From a virus (Duplodnaviria; Caudoviricetes), in IMG/VR virus record IMGVR_UViG_3300017780_004221, positions 1 to 39,417 of that record: a DNA stretch of 39,417 nt, one strand, 5' to 3'. Position 1 is the first letter of the stretch. Each line of letters begins with the position of its first letter. Made by a program: the position numbers and the translations under genes. The notes below the pieces were generated by a model. It was given only the letters and a program-made list of their open reading frames with translations, did no database searches and had not been told where the DNA came from. Shown here piece by piece: positions 16,181 to 24,024 of this stretch.

Positions 16181-16446
16181 AACGCACTAACAAACATCAT
16201 CGACGCAGTAGGAGTCGTACGCATGGTATTCCTTTCAATGGGAGTATCGACGGCATTCCAAATGTTATTGTGGTCGATTATAAAAAGCACCAAGCATTCC
16301 ACATGCTGTTCCCCTCGACGTGTCCTATGGACATTGCAAGGGTCCTGAATAATGTCTGGGTAGACCCAGCACATATGTTCATTGCTGTCCCTCGGGTCCT
16401 CGCTATTGAGATAGTCAAACAATACCACCTCCAGCAACCGTCATGA
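16165..16446 (+). CDS. Minimal HNH-like nuclease
   Basis: NKHHRRSRSR...PNVIVVDYKKHQAFHMLF fits an HH...N...H...H pattern. Confidence 0.6.
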   Translation: MAKRIKRTNKHHRRSRSRTHGIPFNGSIDGIPNVIVVDYKKHQAFHMLFPSTCPMDIARVLNNVWVDPAHMFIAVPRVLAIEIVKQYHLQQPS

Positions 16447-16538
16447 CTCAATTGTATCTGTTTCAAATCCGTGGGTATAACTCATACGTCTACTGGAACC
16501 AGTATGAACTGACTGACTTATATCCCGACTATCCATAA
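16443..16538 (+). CDS. 31-aa Tyr-rich micropeptide (MTQLYLFQIRGYNSYVYWNQYELTDLYPDYP)
   Basis: ATGA overlap with the upstream stop; fills the gap to the next small ORF. Confidence 0.45.
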   Translation: MTQLYLFQIRGYNSYVYWNQYELTDLYPDYP

Positions 16539-16544
16539 ACTAGT

Positions 16545-16634
16545 ATGAGTAATGAGATAAAGACAATAATGGCAGTCATTATCTGGTGGCTTGCCTTCTG
16601 TGTTTTTTTGTGGCTCTCAACCGCTCCCTCCTGA
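16545..16634 (+). CDS. 29-aa membrane peptide (MSNEIKTIMAVIIWWLAFCVFLWLSTAPS)
   Basis: Hydrophobic single helix; its stop codon lies in the operon terminator. Confidence 0.55.
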   Translation: MSNEIKTIMAVIIWWLAFCVFLWLSTAPS

Positions 16635-16653
16635 AAAGGAGGGGGTGGTTTTT
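16619..16653 (+). terminator. Intrinsic terminator
   Basis: aaccgctccctcct-GAAA-aggagggggtggtt, a 14-bp stem with GU pairs, followed by a T run. Confidence 0.85.
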
Positions 16654-16768
16654 AAAAAATTATCCCGAAAACGGCACTCCCGTCGCTGTCCGCTATCCCC
16701 AGCAAGTCAGTCGGTCAGACCGGGGAAGGGGATGGACAGGAGTGCGGTCCTCGGGACGAGGATTGTCG
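16654..16768 (-). ncRNA. Long irregular hairpin in a 3' region (structured RNA or terminator)
   Basis: Minus-strand stems tcccgaggac/gttttcggga, gcactcc/ggagtgc, tgtcc/ggaca and atcccc/ggggat, then taatttttt. Confidence 0.5.
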
Positions 16769-16987
16769 TTACAGGACGTGCCCACTGTCGTCCCACCCTT
16801 CGGGGTAGTTGTCGTTGTCGATATCCTCAATCTCAGGCTCAAACTCTTCCGAACCGAGTGCACCTGGAGCACCTATCTGGTCCTCTATGCCCTTAATGAA
16901 TCGGTAAGCAACAGATGTTTGATATGTCTCGTCGAGTACCTCATTTTTTAGTCTCTCCTGTTCGAGAGCGTGTTCTTTCATTTTCAT
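16769..16987 (-). CDS. Acidic hypothetical protein
   Basis: 72 aa; last gene of a tightly packed leftward operon. Confidence 0.6.
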   Translation of the reverse strand: MKMKEHALEQERLKNEVLDETYQTSVAYRFIKGIEDQIGAPGALGSEEFEPEIEDIDNDNYPEGWDDSGHVL

Positions 16988-16988
16988 A

Positions 16989-17195
16989 TTATATGTTTGG
17001 CGTTAGGGACAATAATACCCACATAAGACCGTATAAGACAGGAAGACCTACAAAGACAATCATAGAAACTTGGAATAGTGTTAGTCCTGTATCTTCTTTT
17101 TTAAACCCAAAGAAGTCGTCATTATCTGCGAGACGAAAATCTGCTTCAATCTTTTTTTTGGTCATTCGCTTTTTTCTAGTTTGTAAGTCTTTCAT
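16989..17195 (-). CDS. Small membrane protein
   Basis: 68 aa; basic N-terminus, C-terminal transmembrane segment. Confidence 0.65.
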   Translation of the reverse strand: MKDLQTRKKRMTKKKIEADFRLADNDDFFGFKKEDTGLTLFQVSMIVFVGLPVLYGLMWVLLSLTPNI

Positions 17196-17314
17196 TTTGT
17201 TTTTTCGTCAATTAGTCTGATAAGTGTTTTGCCTTCTTTCTTTGATAATTTCTTGAGGGACTTATACGCCTGTAGGCTTATGCGTATTGTCCTGTATTCT
17301 CTCTTTGTAGGCAT
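17192..17314 (-). CDS. 40-aa ribbon-helix-helix (Arc/CopG-like) regulator (leaderless)
   Basis: MPTKREYRTIRISLQAYKSLKKLSKKEGKTLIRLIDEKTK: beta strand TIRIS, helix, G, helix. Not in the ORF track; ATGA-coupled to the next gene. Confidence 0.7.
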   Translation of the reverse strand: MPTKREYRTIRISLQAYKSLKKLSKKEGKTLIRLIDEKTK

Positions 17315-17320
17315 GTATAT

Positions 17321-17401
17321 ATTGTATGCAATTGTGTGCAATAGTCAATGTACTACCTGTGTATAACCCAATATTGTCTTATATTATAAAGGTATTATAC
17401 T
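17321..17401. promoter_or_regulatory. Divergent promoter pair with central DnaA-box-like site
   Basis: Minus: TTGACT (17343-17348), 16 nt, TACAAT (17321-17326), 6 nt, ATG. Plus: TTGTCT (17374-17379), 16 nt, TATACT (17396-17401). TGTGTATAA at 17358-17366. Confidence 0.75.
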
Positions 17402-17438
17402 TAATGGGTGGATCATTTACAGGTTAAAGAATAACATT

Positions 17439-18080
17439 ATGTATAAGGGACTAGAACAAAAGGATGACAAGAAATACGTCAATATCCTAGGGTCAGATGG
17501 GAGTTTAAGAATAACCGTGGATGAGAGTACTCCAGGGGCAAAGCGCCGGGAGTATGAGACTTCTGACGGCAAGACAGGGGTAAAGTATGAGTTGGTATTC
17601 AAGTCGATATCGGGGTTGGTAAAGGACATCTCATTCTATGACGGAGACTACGGGAAGAACATCCTGATGGACTTCGACAATGACGGGGAAATCCTCACAC
17701 TAACAGTGAATAGCGCGTCAAACTTCGGGGAAGACCTTATGAAGAAATTACCTAACATCGACTTCTCGCAACGGGTACTTGTCGTACCGTATGCGTTCGA
17801 GGACGAGAAGGGAAAGACACGGAAGGGTCTGACTATCAACAACAACGGGGACAAGGTTCAGAACTTCTTTTATGACCCCGTCGCAAAGAAGAACGTAAAC
17901 AACTACCCGGATCCGAAGCCTAACAAGGGTGACAAGCCATACTCCAAGGACGACTGGAAGATTTACTTCATCGAGACCCGCAAGTTCCTTACGGAATACA
18001 CAGAGGAGAACATCATTCCAAAGTTCGCCGATAAGGAAAAGTTAGCGGAAGAGCAGGCGGAGCCGGTAGTGCCATTCTAG
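17439..18080 (+). CDS. Putative single-stranded DNA-binding protein
   Basis: 213 aa, beta-rich, acidic tail ending EPVVPF as in SSBs; single-gene unit with its own promoter and terminator. Confidence 0.55.
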   Translation: MYKGLEQKDDKKYVNILGSDGSLRITVDESTPGAKRREYETSDGKTGVKYELVFKSISGLVKDISFYDGDYGKNILMDFDNDGEILTLTVNSASNFGEDLMKKLPNIDFSQRVLVVPYAFEDEKGKTRKGLTINNNGDKVQNFFYDPVAKKNVNNYPDPKPNKGDKPYSKDDWKIYFIETRKFLTEYTEENIIPKFADKEKLAEEQAEPVVPF

Positions 18081-18088
18081 TAAGATAA

Positions 18089-18117
18089 TAAAAAGACCAC
18101 CTTCGGGTGGTTTTTTT
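18089..18117. terminator. Bidirectional intrinsic terminator
   Basis: A run, ccacc-TTCG-ggtgg, T run; lies between convergent genes. Confidence 0.9.
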
Positions 18118-18481
18118 ATACAACGTAGTGAGCCATATCACTTGCTTGTTTAAAGTCTAGTGTATTGCCTCGGTAGAGTTTAAGTGTTTCTGCTTCTATA
18201 AGAACAAATCCATCAGGATAGTTGATCACCACAAAGGTGGGTTCTTGATACGCATATTTATAGTCTGGAAGCCCCATAATCCCTTCTGTTCTTACGAGAA
18301 CGCCTTTAAGCGAGTATCTTAGTGCTTCAGAAAACTCTCGTTGCTCCTGCTTCCATTCTTTGAGTTTAAAGGTCTTAGATCCACGTGTATCTTTCATTTC
18401 AAACCAGCATGGGATTTTTAGTGGGTTAGCAAGAAGCCAGTGTCTAAAACGTATTGAAAAGTTTGCTTCTTGTTTTTTCAC
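18116..18481 (-). CDS. PD-(D/E)XK nuclease, putative Holliday junction resolvase
   Basis: N-terminal EANF helix, FEMK and PDY motifs; directly downstream of the helicase. Confidence 0.55.
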   Translation of the reverse strand: MKKQEANFSIRFRHWLLANPLKIPCWFEMKDTRGSKTFKLKEWKQEQREFSEALRYSLKGVLVRTEGIMGLPDYKYAYQEPTFVVINYPDGFVLIEAETLKLYRGNTLDFKQASDMAHYVV

Positions 18482-19704
18482 TTTAGTGCATCATTAAAAT
18501 CCTCTCCTAATTCTAATCTTTTAAATACTCTTTGATCCATACTATCTTTGTAATCACTTACAATATTAACATACACGTTCTTTTTTATATTATTTGCTCT
18601 CTGTATACGCCCCTGCATTTGATTGTAGTCTTCCCACTTGTAATCGTTAGATGCAAACACTATTGCTTCACACTTTGGAAGTGACCATCCTTTTGATATA
18701 CCTGCCTGCACTATGAGTACATACTTTTTTGATGCTTTGAGGTCTTCATTTAATTCTTTTCTATTCTTTGTTTTACCATTAAGGACATATGCTTCTGGTA
18801 TTGCTTCCTTTATTTTTTCAATCTGCGATGTCCATTTAGCTACTACTATCATTGTGTCGAATTGGAGTGCATAGTCTTTTATAGCTTCTATTTTGTTGTC
18901 CTTTATGTAAATGTCCTTTTGAAATTCGTTACCCAACAGGACACCATTCTCAATCTGATGTCTTTTAGAGTTTTTTGCACTTGGTGTCTCATAGTTCATA
19001 AGTTCTTCTTTGAGGTATATTTTTTGATCTGATGTAAGTTCTACTTTTTTAGTTATATATGTTTGCTCTGGCACATCGTTCCAGTCACTTAATTTACCCG
19101 TATACCCTAATTTCTTTACCAAATTTGCCAAACGTTCTTCTGTACCTTTTTTAACAGAATAGATTGGTGTGTAACTCCTCATCGGAAGTTCAAAATAAAA
19201 AGCATCTCTAAAATCGTGGTATTGATTTAAGTTAAGTTGATTTAGTAGCACACCCGCCGCAAACACAGTGAGCGGTGTTTTTGTAATAGTAGCTGATACA
19301 AGATAAAATCTTTTTGGGTTTATATCGTCTATAAACTTTTTTAGTTTAGTAAACACCTTGCTTGTATCTGGGTATTTTACATAGTTCTTTTGTTTTTCTG
19401 TTGGTCTTATACCCATTGCCCATGTTGCTTCATCTAATATTACAGTGTCATATTTTCTATGCTCAAACTTATCTAATCTAAAGTCTTCCTTTGATATAAC
19501 TGTGAGTTGTTTCTCTGCTCCCATTTCTTGAAGTTCTTTTTGCCATATCTCTTCATCACGTTGTTGCTTTTCACATATAACTAATATATCTCCTTCAGCA
19601 AGTGAGAGTGCTATTCTTGTTTTACCTGATCCACACCCAAGCCATAGACCAGTGTGTAATGGATCATCTAATATGATCTGTTTTTGATGTTTATAAAGAC
19701 TCAT
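18478..19704 (-). CDS. Superfamily 2 (SNF2/DExD-like) helicase
   Basis: LYKHQ Q-motif, GCGSGKT Walker A, ILDEAT, SAT motif III, QMQGRIQR motif VI. Start refined to MSLYKHQ. Confidence 0.88.
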   Translation of the reverse strand: MSLYKHQKQIILDDPLHTGLWLGCGSGKTRIALSLAEGDILVICEKQQRDEEIWQKELQEMGAEKQLTVISKEDFRLDKFEHRKYDTVILDEATWAMGIRPTEKQKNYVKYPDTSKVFTKLKKFIDDINPKRFYLVSATITKTPLTVFAAGVLLNQLNLNQYHDFRDAFYFELPMRSYTPIYSVKKGTEERLANLVKKLGYTGKLSDWNDVPEQTYITKKVELTSDQKIYLKEELMNYETPSAKNSKRHQIENGVLLGNEFQKDIYIKDNKIEAIKDYALQFDTMIVVAKWTSQIEKIKEAIPEAYVLNGKTKNRKELNEDLKASKKYVLIVQAGISKGWSLPKCEAIVFASNDYKWEDYNQMQGRIQRANNIKKNVYVNIVSDYKDSMDQRVFKRLELGEDFNDALK

Positions 19705-20329
19705 AGGTTGTGAGATCCTCAAGATCTTCGAGTGAAAGAACGACGGACGAAGGTATTACAAACCTGCATGGTATACCTGCGTACTCATCATCACCGAACG
19801 ACTCACCAATCCTTATGATTGCGTACACTGATCCCTTATGCGTGATCACGATGTCCTCGCTGCGGATTATGTCCATATCATCCTCCTTAAAACCTTCCAC
19901 CATTTCTATTTCTTTTTCAGTTGAAGGGTACATACCATTTTCCCAGGAATCTGCCTCTACCCAGTGCAATACCTCATCCCACAATGCCCCCATATTTGAT
20001 CCAGATGCCGCCGATTTGTTTATGGGGTAGTCCATGTATACCCCGCATGTTCTGTTTGACCTCCATTCAATCCCGAGGGCCTTTGCACAGTCGTTTTCCT
20101 TTGACTTTTCACCTTCTATCAACTTGTTAAATATATATTCCTTGAGGAGTTTGTCACCAAGCGTTTTGGGACGCTTGTAATCAGTGACTACCTGGTTTAC
20201 TGTCGCCCTGCTTATATTAAAGAACCTTCCCACCTCTGATTGGGAGAATCCCTTGCGCACTACTAGGTCTATAATAGCGTCGTTTCGAGCACCGATAATT
20301 TTTTGTTGTTCTATTGTTGGTCTTGCCAT
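19691..20329 (-). CDS. Protein with N-terminal helix-turn-helix (leaderless)
   Basis: GFSQSEVGRFFNISRATVNQVV is an HTH; promoter lies 6 nt upstream of ATG. Confidence 0.7.
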   Translation of the reverse strand: MARPTIEQQKIIGARNDAIIDLVVRKGFSQSEVGRFFNISRATVNQVVTDYKRPKTLGDKLLKEYIFNKLIEGEKSKENDCAKALGIEWRSNRTCGVYMDYPINKSAASGSNMGALWDEVLHWVEADSWENGMYPSTEKEIEMVEGFKEDDMDIIRSEDIVITHKGSVYAIIRIGESFGDDEYAGIPCRFVIPSSVVLSLEDLEDLTTYESL

Positions 20330-20335
20330 ATGTGT

Positions 20336-20399
20336 AGTTTATACCTGTGTATAACTTATGTCAAGGTTACTTGCAACTTTATTTTTGACAGGCTATACT
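20336..20399. promoter_or_regulatory. Divergent promoter pair of the replication module
   Basis: Minus: TTGACA (20359-20364), 17 nt, TAAACT (20336-20341), 6 nt, ATG, with TTATACACA (20346-20354) in the spacer. Plus: TTGCAA (20371-20376), 17 nt, TATACT (20394-20399). Confidence 0.85.
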
Positions 20400-20432
20400 T
20401 TACCCATTAGCAGCGAAAAAATACAAACCAAA

Positions 20433-22910
20433 ATGGACAACTACGTCGAAGATTACAACAAGTACAGGAAAGCGTTGCAGGAAAAAGGTTTCGTGGTGTT
20501 CCCAGTAAAAGGCACAACGGTAAGCACCTATAAGGAGGGAAAGGGTCCATACACTAACCCAAAGTATGCTCGGTTCAACAGTTTCCATTCCTTTAAAGAC
20601 AGTCCATACACTCAAGAAGAATCAGACTATTACTTCAGTACCGAAAAGGGTCGCATTGGTTTAGCTGTCTTGTTTGGGGAAGTAAGAGGACGGTCCAATT
20701 TGTACTTGGTAGGACTCGACGTAGACAGGATGATAGAGGGGACCATTGAGGATTTTTCGGACTTCTGTGTGGAGAGTGGTCTTGCCGTCATCCGGTCCGC
20801 AAGTAACGGACTGCACGTATATGGGTACTCAAACATTCCATTTCCCGATGCTGGCATTGAAGTTAGTATTGGAAGGTTTAAGGTAGGCGGCGATCTGTGG
20901 GGTAATGGCGGTAAGTATTTCGTAACGCCGCCCACAAAGCTAAACGGCGGTGAGTATAGGTCAACAGAATCTTTTATGGAGAGTCTTTTCCTGGATGATT
21001 TTAAACCATATCCAAAACTATTTATAGACTCTTTTGTTGAAGGTAGCCAAAAAAGCAACAACAAGATAGCAGAAATAAATCGTGTTCCGGTATCGAGTAC
21101 CGATGTAGCAGGGTTTATACAGGCATTCTCAAAGTTCCCAATCACAAAGAAAGAGGGTAGGCACGACACCCTTTTGAACATCGCAAAGAGCATATATAAA
21201 CGCATATACAACACAATGGGGGCTGACGAGGCTATCAGTCTGGTAGAGCAGGTACTCATTGGGCTAAAGAAAAACGGCGTAGTGGAGGATGGTGATGATA
21301 AGAGCAACCAAGAACTTACCGACATTGCCACGTACTGCTATGGGTATAGGAAGAAGTGGGAGGACGAGATCAGTACCCCAGAGTTCCAGAAAGTTATTGA
21401 TACGTACAGAAGCACCGGAACAATGCCTAGTAATGTGGACGACTATAAGCAGAAGTACGTTAGGAAGTACGTTAAGAGTTTTGACGTACAGAAGCACAAG
21501 GATGCCGTTGACAACCTAAAGAAACTAAAGGGTGAAATGCACCTTTTGGAAGGTAAGGGGCTTACTGACGCAAAAAATAGAGCAGTCATGCTGAAGGAAT
21601 ACATATATAATGAGTCCTACCAGCGCATCCTTTTCGACAAGCCACACCTAAAGTACGACCCTGTGGGGGATCGCCTGTACGATTACGCTGATAGTAAGGG
21701 CATCTATTACGAATTGGAAAAGAAGTTGCTCGAATCCGACGTGCTTGCGTGCCTGACCTCATATGGGCTTGATAGTCACGCCACTCGTGCTAAAGCTCAG
21801 GATACTATCGCCCGCATGCTTATCAGCGTCAATAAGTTCGTTCCTACAAAAAGTTCCTCTGTTACCTGCGTCGGCAACGGATTGTTGAATATCGATACGG
21901 GTGAGTTTACCCAATGGACCCCCTCGTTCGTTACAACCACTCGAATAAGTACCAAGTACAACCCAGACGTGACCATCGCTGGAAGTCGCTTTGAGAAGTT
22001 CCTAGATGAGGTTACGTGCGGCGACAAGGAGCAGTCAAGAATCTTGCAGCAGTTCTCGGGCTATCTGCTTAGTCCCACAACAAAATACCAAAAGGCACTA
22101 CTGCTGACGGGTGAGGGTAGCAACGGTAAGGGTGTGTTTACGAGGGCTTTGAAGGGGGTTGTTGGAAATGAAGCTTATTCAGTCATGAAGGCAGAGGATA
22201 TAAACAAGAATTTCGGCGTTGCCCACTTGCAAAACAAGCGTGTGAATATATGCGATGAAACGACGGACAAATACCTTGATACGCATGTACTAAAGAGTCT
22301 TATATCCGGCGAAGACCAGATCTGCGACGTTAAGCACAAGAACCAGATACATTTCACCCCTGAGGTTAAGATCATAATGACCGTAAATGACATGCCCACG
22401 GTTTCCGATACTTCATATGGATTTTATAGGCGGTTCATTCCTATCAGTTTCGATGCCAAGTTTGCACCAGAATTGGGTAACATTGACCCCGAATTGAGTT
22501 CCAAACTTGAGAACGAGGCTGAGATAATATTCATGTGGGCACTGGAGGGGTACAGAGACCTCAAGAAGGAGGGTGAGTTCTCTATAAAGGAGAAGAACGT
22601 AAACGCCCTTATTGACTACAAGATCGGGAATGACATTACCGAGAGATTTGTCATAAACAACTTCAAGCCTTCGGCGGGGAATTCGGTCACCCTGTTTAAT
22701 GTATATCAAGCGTACAGGGAGTACTCAAGATTGGTTGGAAAATTGCCAAAAAACATCGGAAATTTCTCTAAGGATTTGCGTAGAACTGCCCAGTACGGAA
22801 GTCTCTATTCTATTGAAGAGAGAAGGAGTGGACATGACCAAGTTAAAATTTCTGGCATCATTTTGACTGATTCTGAGGTCGAAAACATGTATTCTGGTTT
22901 CGAAATATAA
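20433..22910 (+). CDS. Bifunctional primase-polymerase (Prim-Pol) fused to a D5/P4-type SF3 helicase
   Basis: GFVVFPV, VGLDVD, SASNGLHVY, YFVTPPT (Prim-Pol); D5_N GLLNI; LLTGEGSNGKG Walker A, ICDE, MTVNDMP, GFYRRF. Start moved to ATG 20433, downstream of its promoter. Confidence 0.92.
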   Translation: MDNYVEDYNKYRKALQEKGFVVFPVKGTTVSTYKEGKGPYTNPKYARFNSFHSFKDSPYTQEESDYYFSTEKGRIGLAVLFGEVRGRSNLYLVGLDVDRMIEGTIEDFSDFCVESGLAVIRSASNGLHVYGYSNIPFPDAGIEVSIGRFKVGGDLWGNGGKYFVTPPTKLNGGEYRSTESFMESLFLDDFKPYPKLFIDSFVEGSQKSNNKIAEINRVPVSSTDVAGFIQAFSKFPITKKEGRHDTLLNIAKSIYKRIYNTMGADEAISLVEQVLIGLKKNGVVEDGDDKSNQELTDIATYCYGYRKKWEDEISTPEFQKVIDTYRSTGTMPSNVDDYKQKYVRKYVKSFDVQKHKDAVDNLKKLKGEMHLLEGKGLTDAKNRAVMLKEYIYNESYQRILFDKPHLKYDPVGDRLYDYADSKGIYYELEKKLLESDVLACLTSYGLDSHATRAKAQDTIARMLISVNKFVPTKSSSVTCVGNGLLNIDTGEFTQWTPSFVTTTRISTKYNPDVTIAGSRFEKFLDEVTCGDKEQSRILQQFSGYLLSPTTKYQKALLLTGEGSNGKGVFTRALKGVVGNEAYSVMKAEDINKNFGVAHLQNKRVNICDETTDKYLDTHVLKSLISGEDQICDVKHKNQIHFTPEVKIIMTVNDMPTVSDTSYGFYRRFIPISFDAKFAPELGNIDPELSSKLENEAEIIFMWALEGYRDLKKEGEFSIKEKNVNALIDYKIGNDITERFVINNFKPSAGNSVTLFNVYQAYREYSRLVGKLPKNIGNFSKDLRRTAQYGSLYSIEERRSGHDQVKISGIILTDSEVENMYSGFEI

Positions 22911-22919
22911 GGCTCGTTT

Positions 22920-23199
22920 GGGGCTAGGTGGGGCTAGGTGGGGCTAGGTGAAAATGAGAGTACCTATTTACATAGGTACTTTTTTATTGTGAAATGGTGA
23001 AAAACAGGGGCTGGGGCTAGGTGAGGGGCTAGGTGAAAAATTTACCTAGCCCCGTGTTTTAGCGTTATATACCACCACCATTTAGGGGTCGGGGCTAGGG
23101 GACTAGGTTTTTTCATATTTAATATAATCTAAATAAAAAGGTAAAAAAAGGCCTTTTCTATATGAAAACTAATTTCGCGTTTTTGACTCACCTAGCCCC
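22920..23199. repeat. Iteron-type replication origin (GGGGCTAGGT repeats around an AT-rich core)
   Basis: Direct copies at 22920, 22930, 22940, 23013, 23025; variants at 23091 and 23099; inverted copies at 23044-23053 and 23190-23199; AT-rich 23109-23175; immediately after the primase-helicase. Confidence 0.8.
22959..22985 (+). terminator. Intrinsic terminator of the primase gene
   Basis: agtacctat-ttac-ataggtact followed by a T run. Confidence 0.75.
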
Positions 23200-23249
23200 A
23201 ACACTTCTAGTGTTGTGTCAAGGTATTAACTCTACTTTTCTAAAAGATA

Positions 23250-23258
23250 TGGTATAAT
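23250..23258 (+). promoter_or_regulatory. Extended -10 promoter, leaderless terS transcript
   Basis: TGG-TATAAT, 6 nt, ATG 23265. Confidence 0.8.
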
Positions 23259-23264
23259 GTTGCT

Positions 23265-23609
23265 ATGAGCGAAACAGCAGACAACACTGAAAAAGTGCGT
23301 GGTATACCTTTTCAGAAAAATGACCCAAGAATCAACCTTGAGGGCAGGCCAAAAGACACTCCTGAATCAAAGATTATTAAGAAGGCTACTAAGGAACTTA
23401 TAGCCGAGTATAAGGAGGCTCTAGGCAGCGCTTTACCACTTATCAGACCCATACTGATCGCCAAGGCATTGGAGGGTGATATGACGGCGATAAAGGAGAT
23501 ACATGATAGAGTTATGGACAAGGCTAAGCAGCCGACCGACGTTACGACCAACGGCAAGGATCTGCCTATGCCGATACTTGGAGGGATGATGCAGGATGCC
23601 AAAGACTAA
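23265..23609 (+). CDS. terS: Terminase small subunit
   Basis: PFQKNDPRINLEGRPK (DUF5681-like), KALEGDMTAIKEIHDR, DVTTNGKDL; upstream of terL. Confidence 0.75.
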   Translation: MSETADNTEKVRGIPFQKNDPRINLEGRPKDTPESKIIKKATKELIAEYKEALGSALPLIRPILIAKALEGDMTAIKEIHDRVMDKAKQPTDVTTNGKDLPMPILGGMMQDAKD

Positions 23610-24024
23610 AGAACAAATAAAAGAATATAACCAGGAATACTCAAAAAGACCTGAGGTTATTGAGAGAGCAAGAATAAGGAACCAGGCTTTTAGGGAAAAA
23701 AGAAAGGCTTACAAAAAGACAACTTTAGGAAGAGAAGCTGAAAACAAGTATAGAAGGGCAAATTATCACAAGATTAGAAAGGAAAAAAGGCTTAAGGAAA
23801 GGTATGGGATGTCACTTGATGACTACCATCTTATGTCTTTGAGACAGAATGGGGTATGTGCAATCTGCAAGTGTGCTCCAAAAACACCACTACATGTCGA
23901 TCATTGTCACACAACAGGAAGGGTCAGAGGATTGTTGTGTGGTTCTTGCAACAGAGCACTAGGACTTCTGAAGGACAACTGTAAGTTTTTAGAGAATGCA
24001 ATAACCTATCTCATAGAAAGATAA
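23596..24024 (+). CDS. Endonuclease VII-family (homing) endonuclease
   Basis: YGMSLDDY...QNGVCAIC...LHVDHCHTTGRVRGLLCGSCNRALG. Confidence 0.9.
   Translation: MPKTKEQIKEYNQEYSKRPEVIERARIRNQAFREKRKAYKKTTLGREAENKYRRANYHKIRKEKRLKERYGMSLDDYHLMSLRQNGVCAICKCAPKTPLHVDHCHTTGRVRGLLCGSCNRALGLLKDNCKFLENAITYLIER

Noticed and set aside
16661-16760. SRP (4.5S) RNA, 6S RNA or tRNA identity for the long hairpin
   Set aside because: It lacks the conserved SRP domain IV motif and a cloverleaf, and is too short for 6S. Kept only as an unassigned structure.
16586-16951. Plus-strand ORFs 16586-16951 and 16591-16896
   Set aside because: They cross a strong terminator and a structured region and overlap a better-supported minus-strand operon.
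20358-20432. N-terminal 25 codons of the primase ORF; likewise the extended starts at 10186, 12437, 13579, 14129, 33191 and 35504
   Set aside because: These extensions overlap promoters or upstream genes, and downstream ATGs fit the promoter and coupling pattern better.
22920-23199. CRISPR array or telomere-like repeat
   Set aside because: Units are 10 bp, occur in both orientations and lack regular unique spacers; no cas genes. Iterons fit better.
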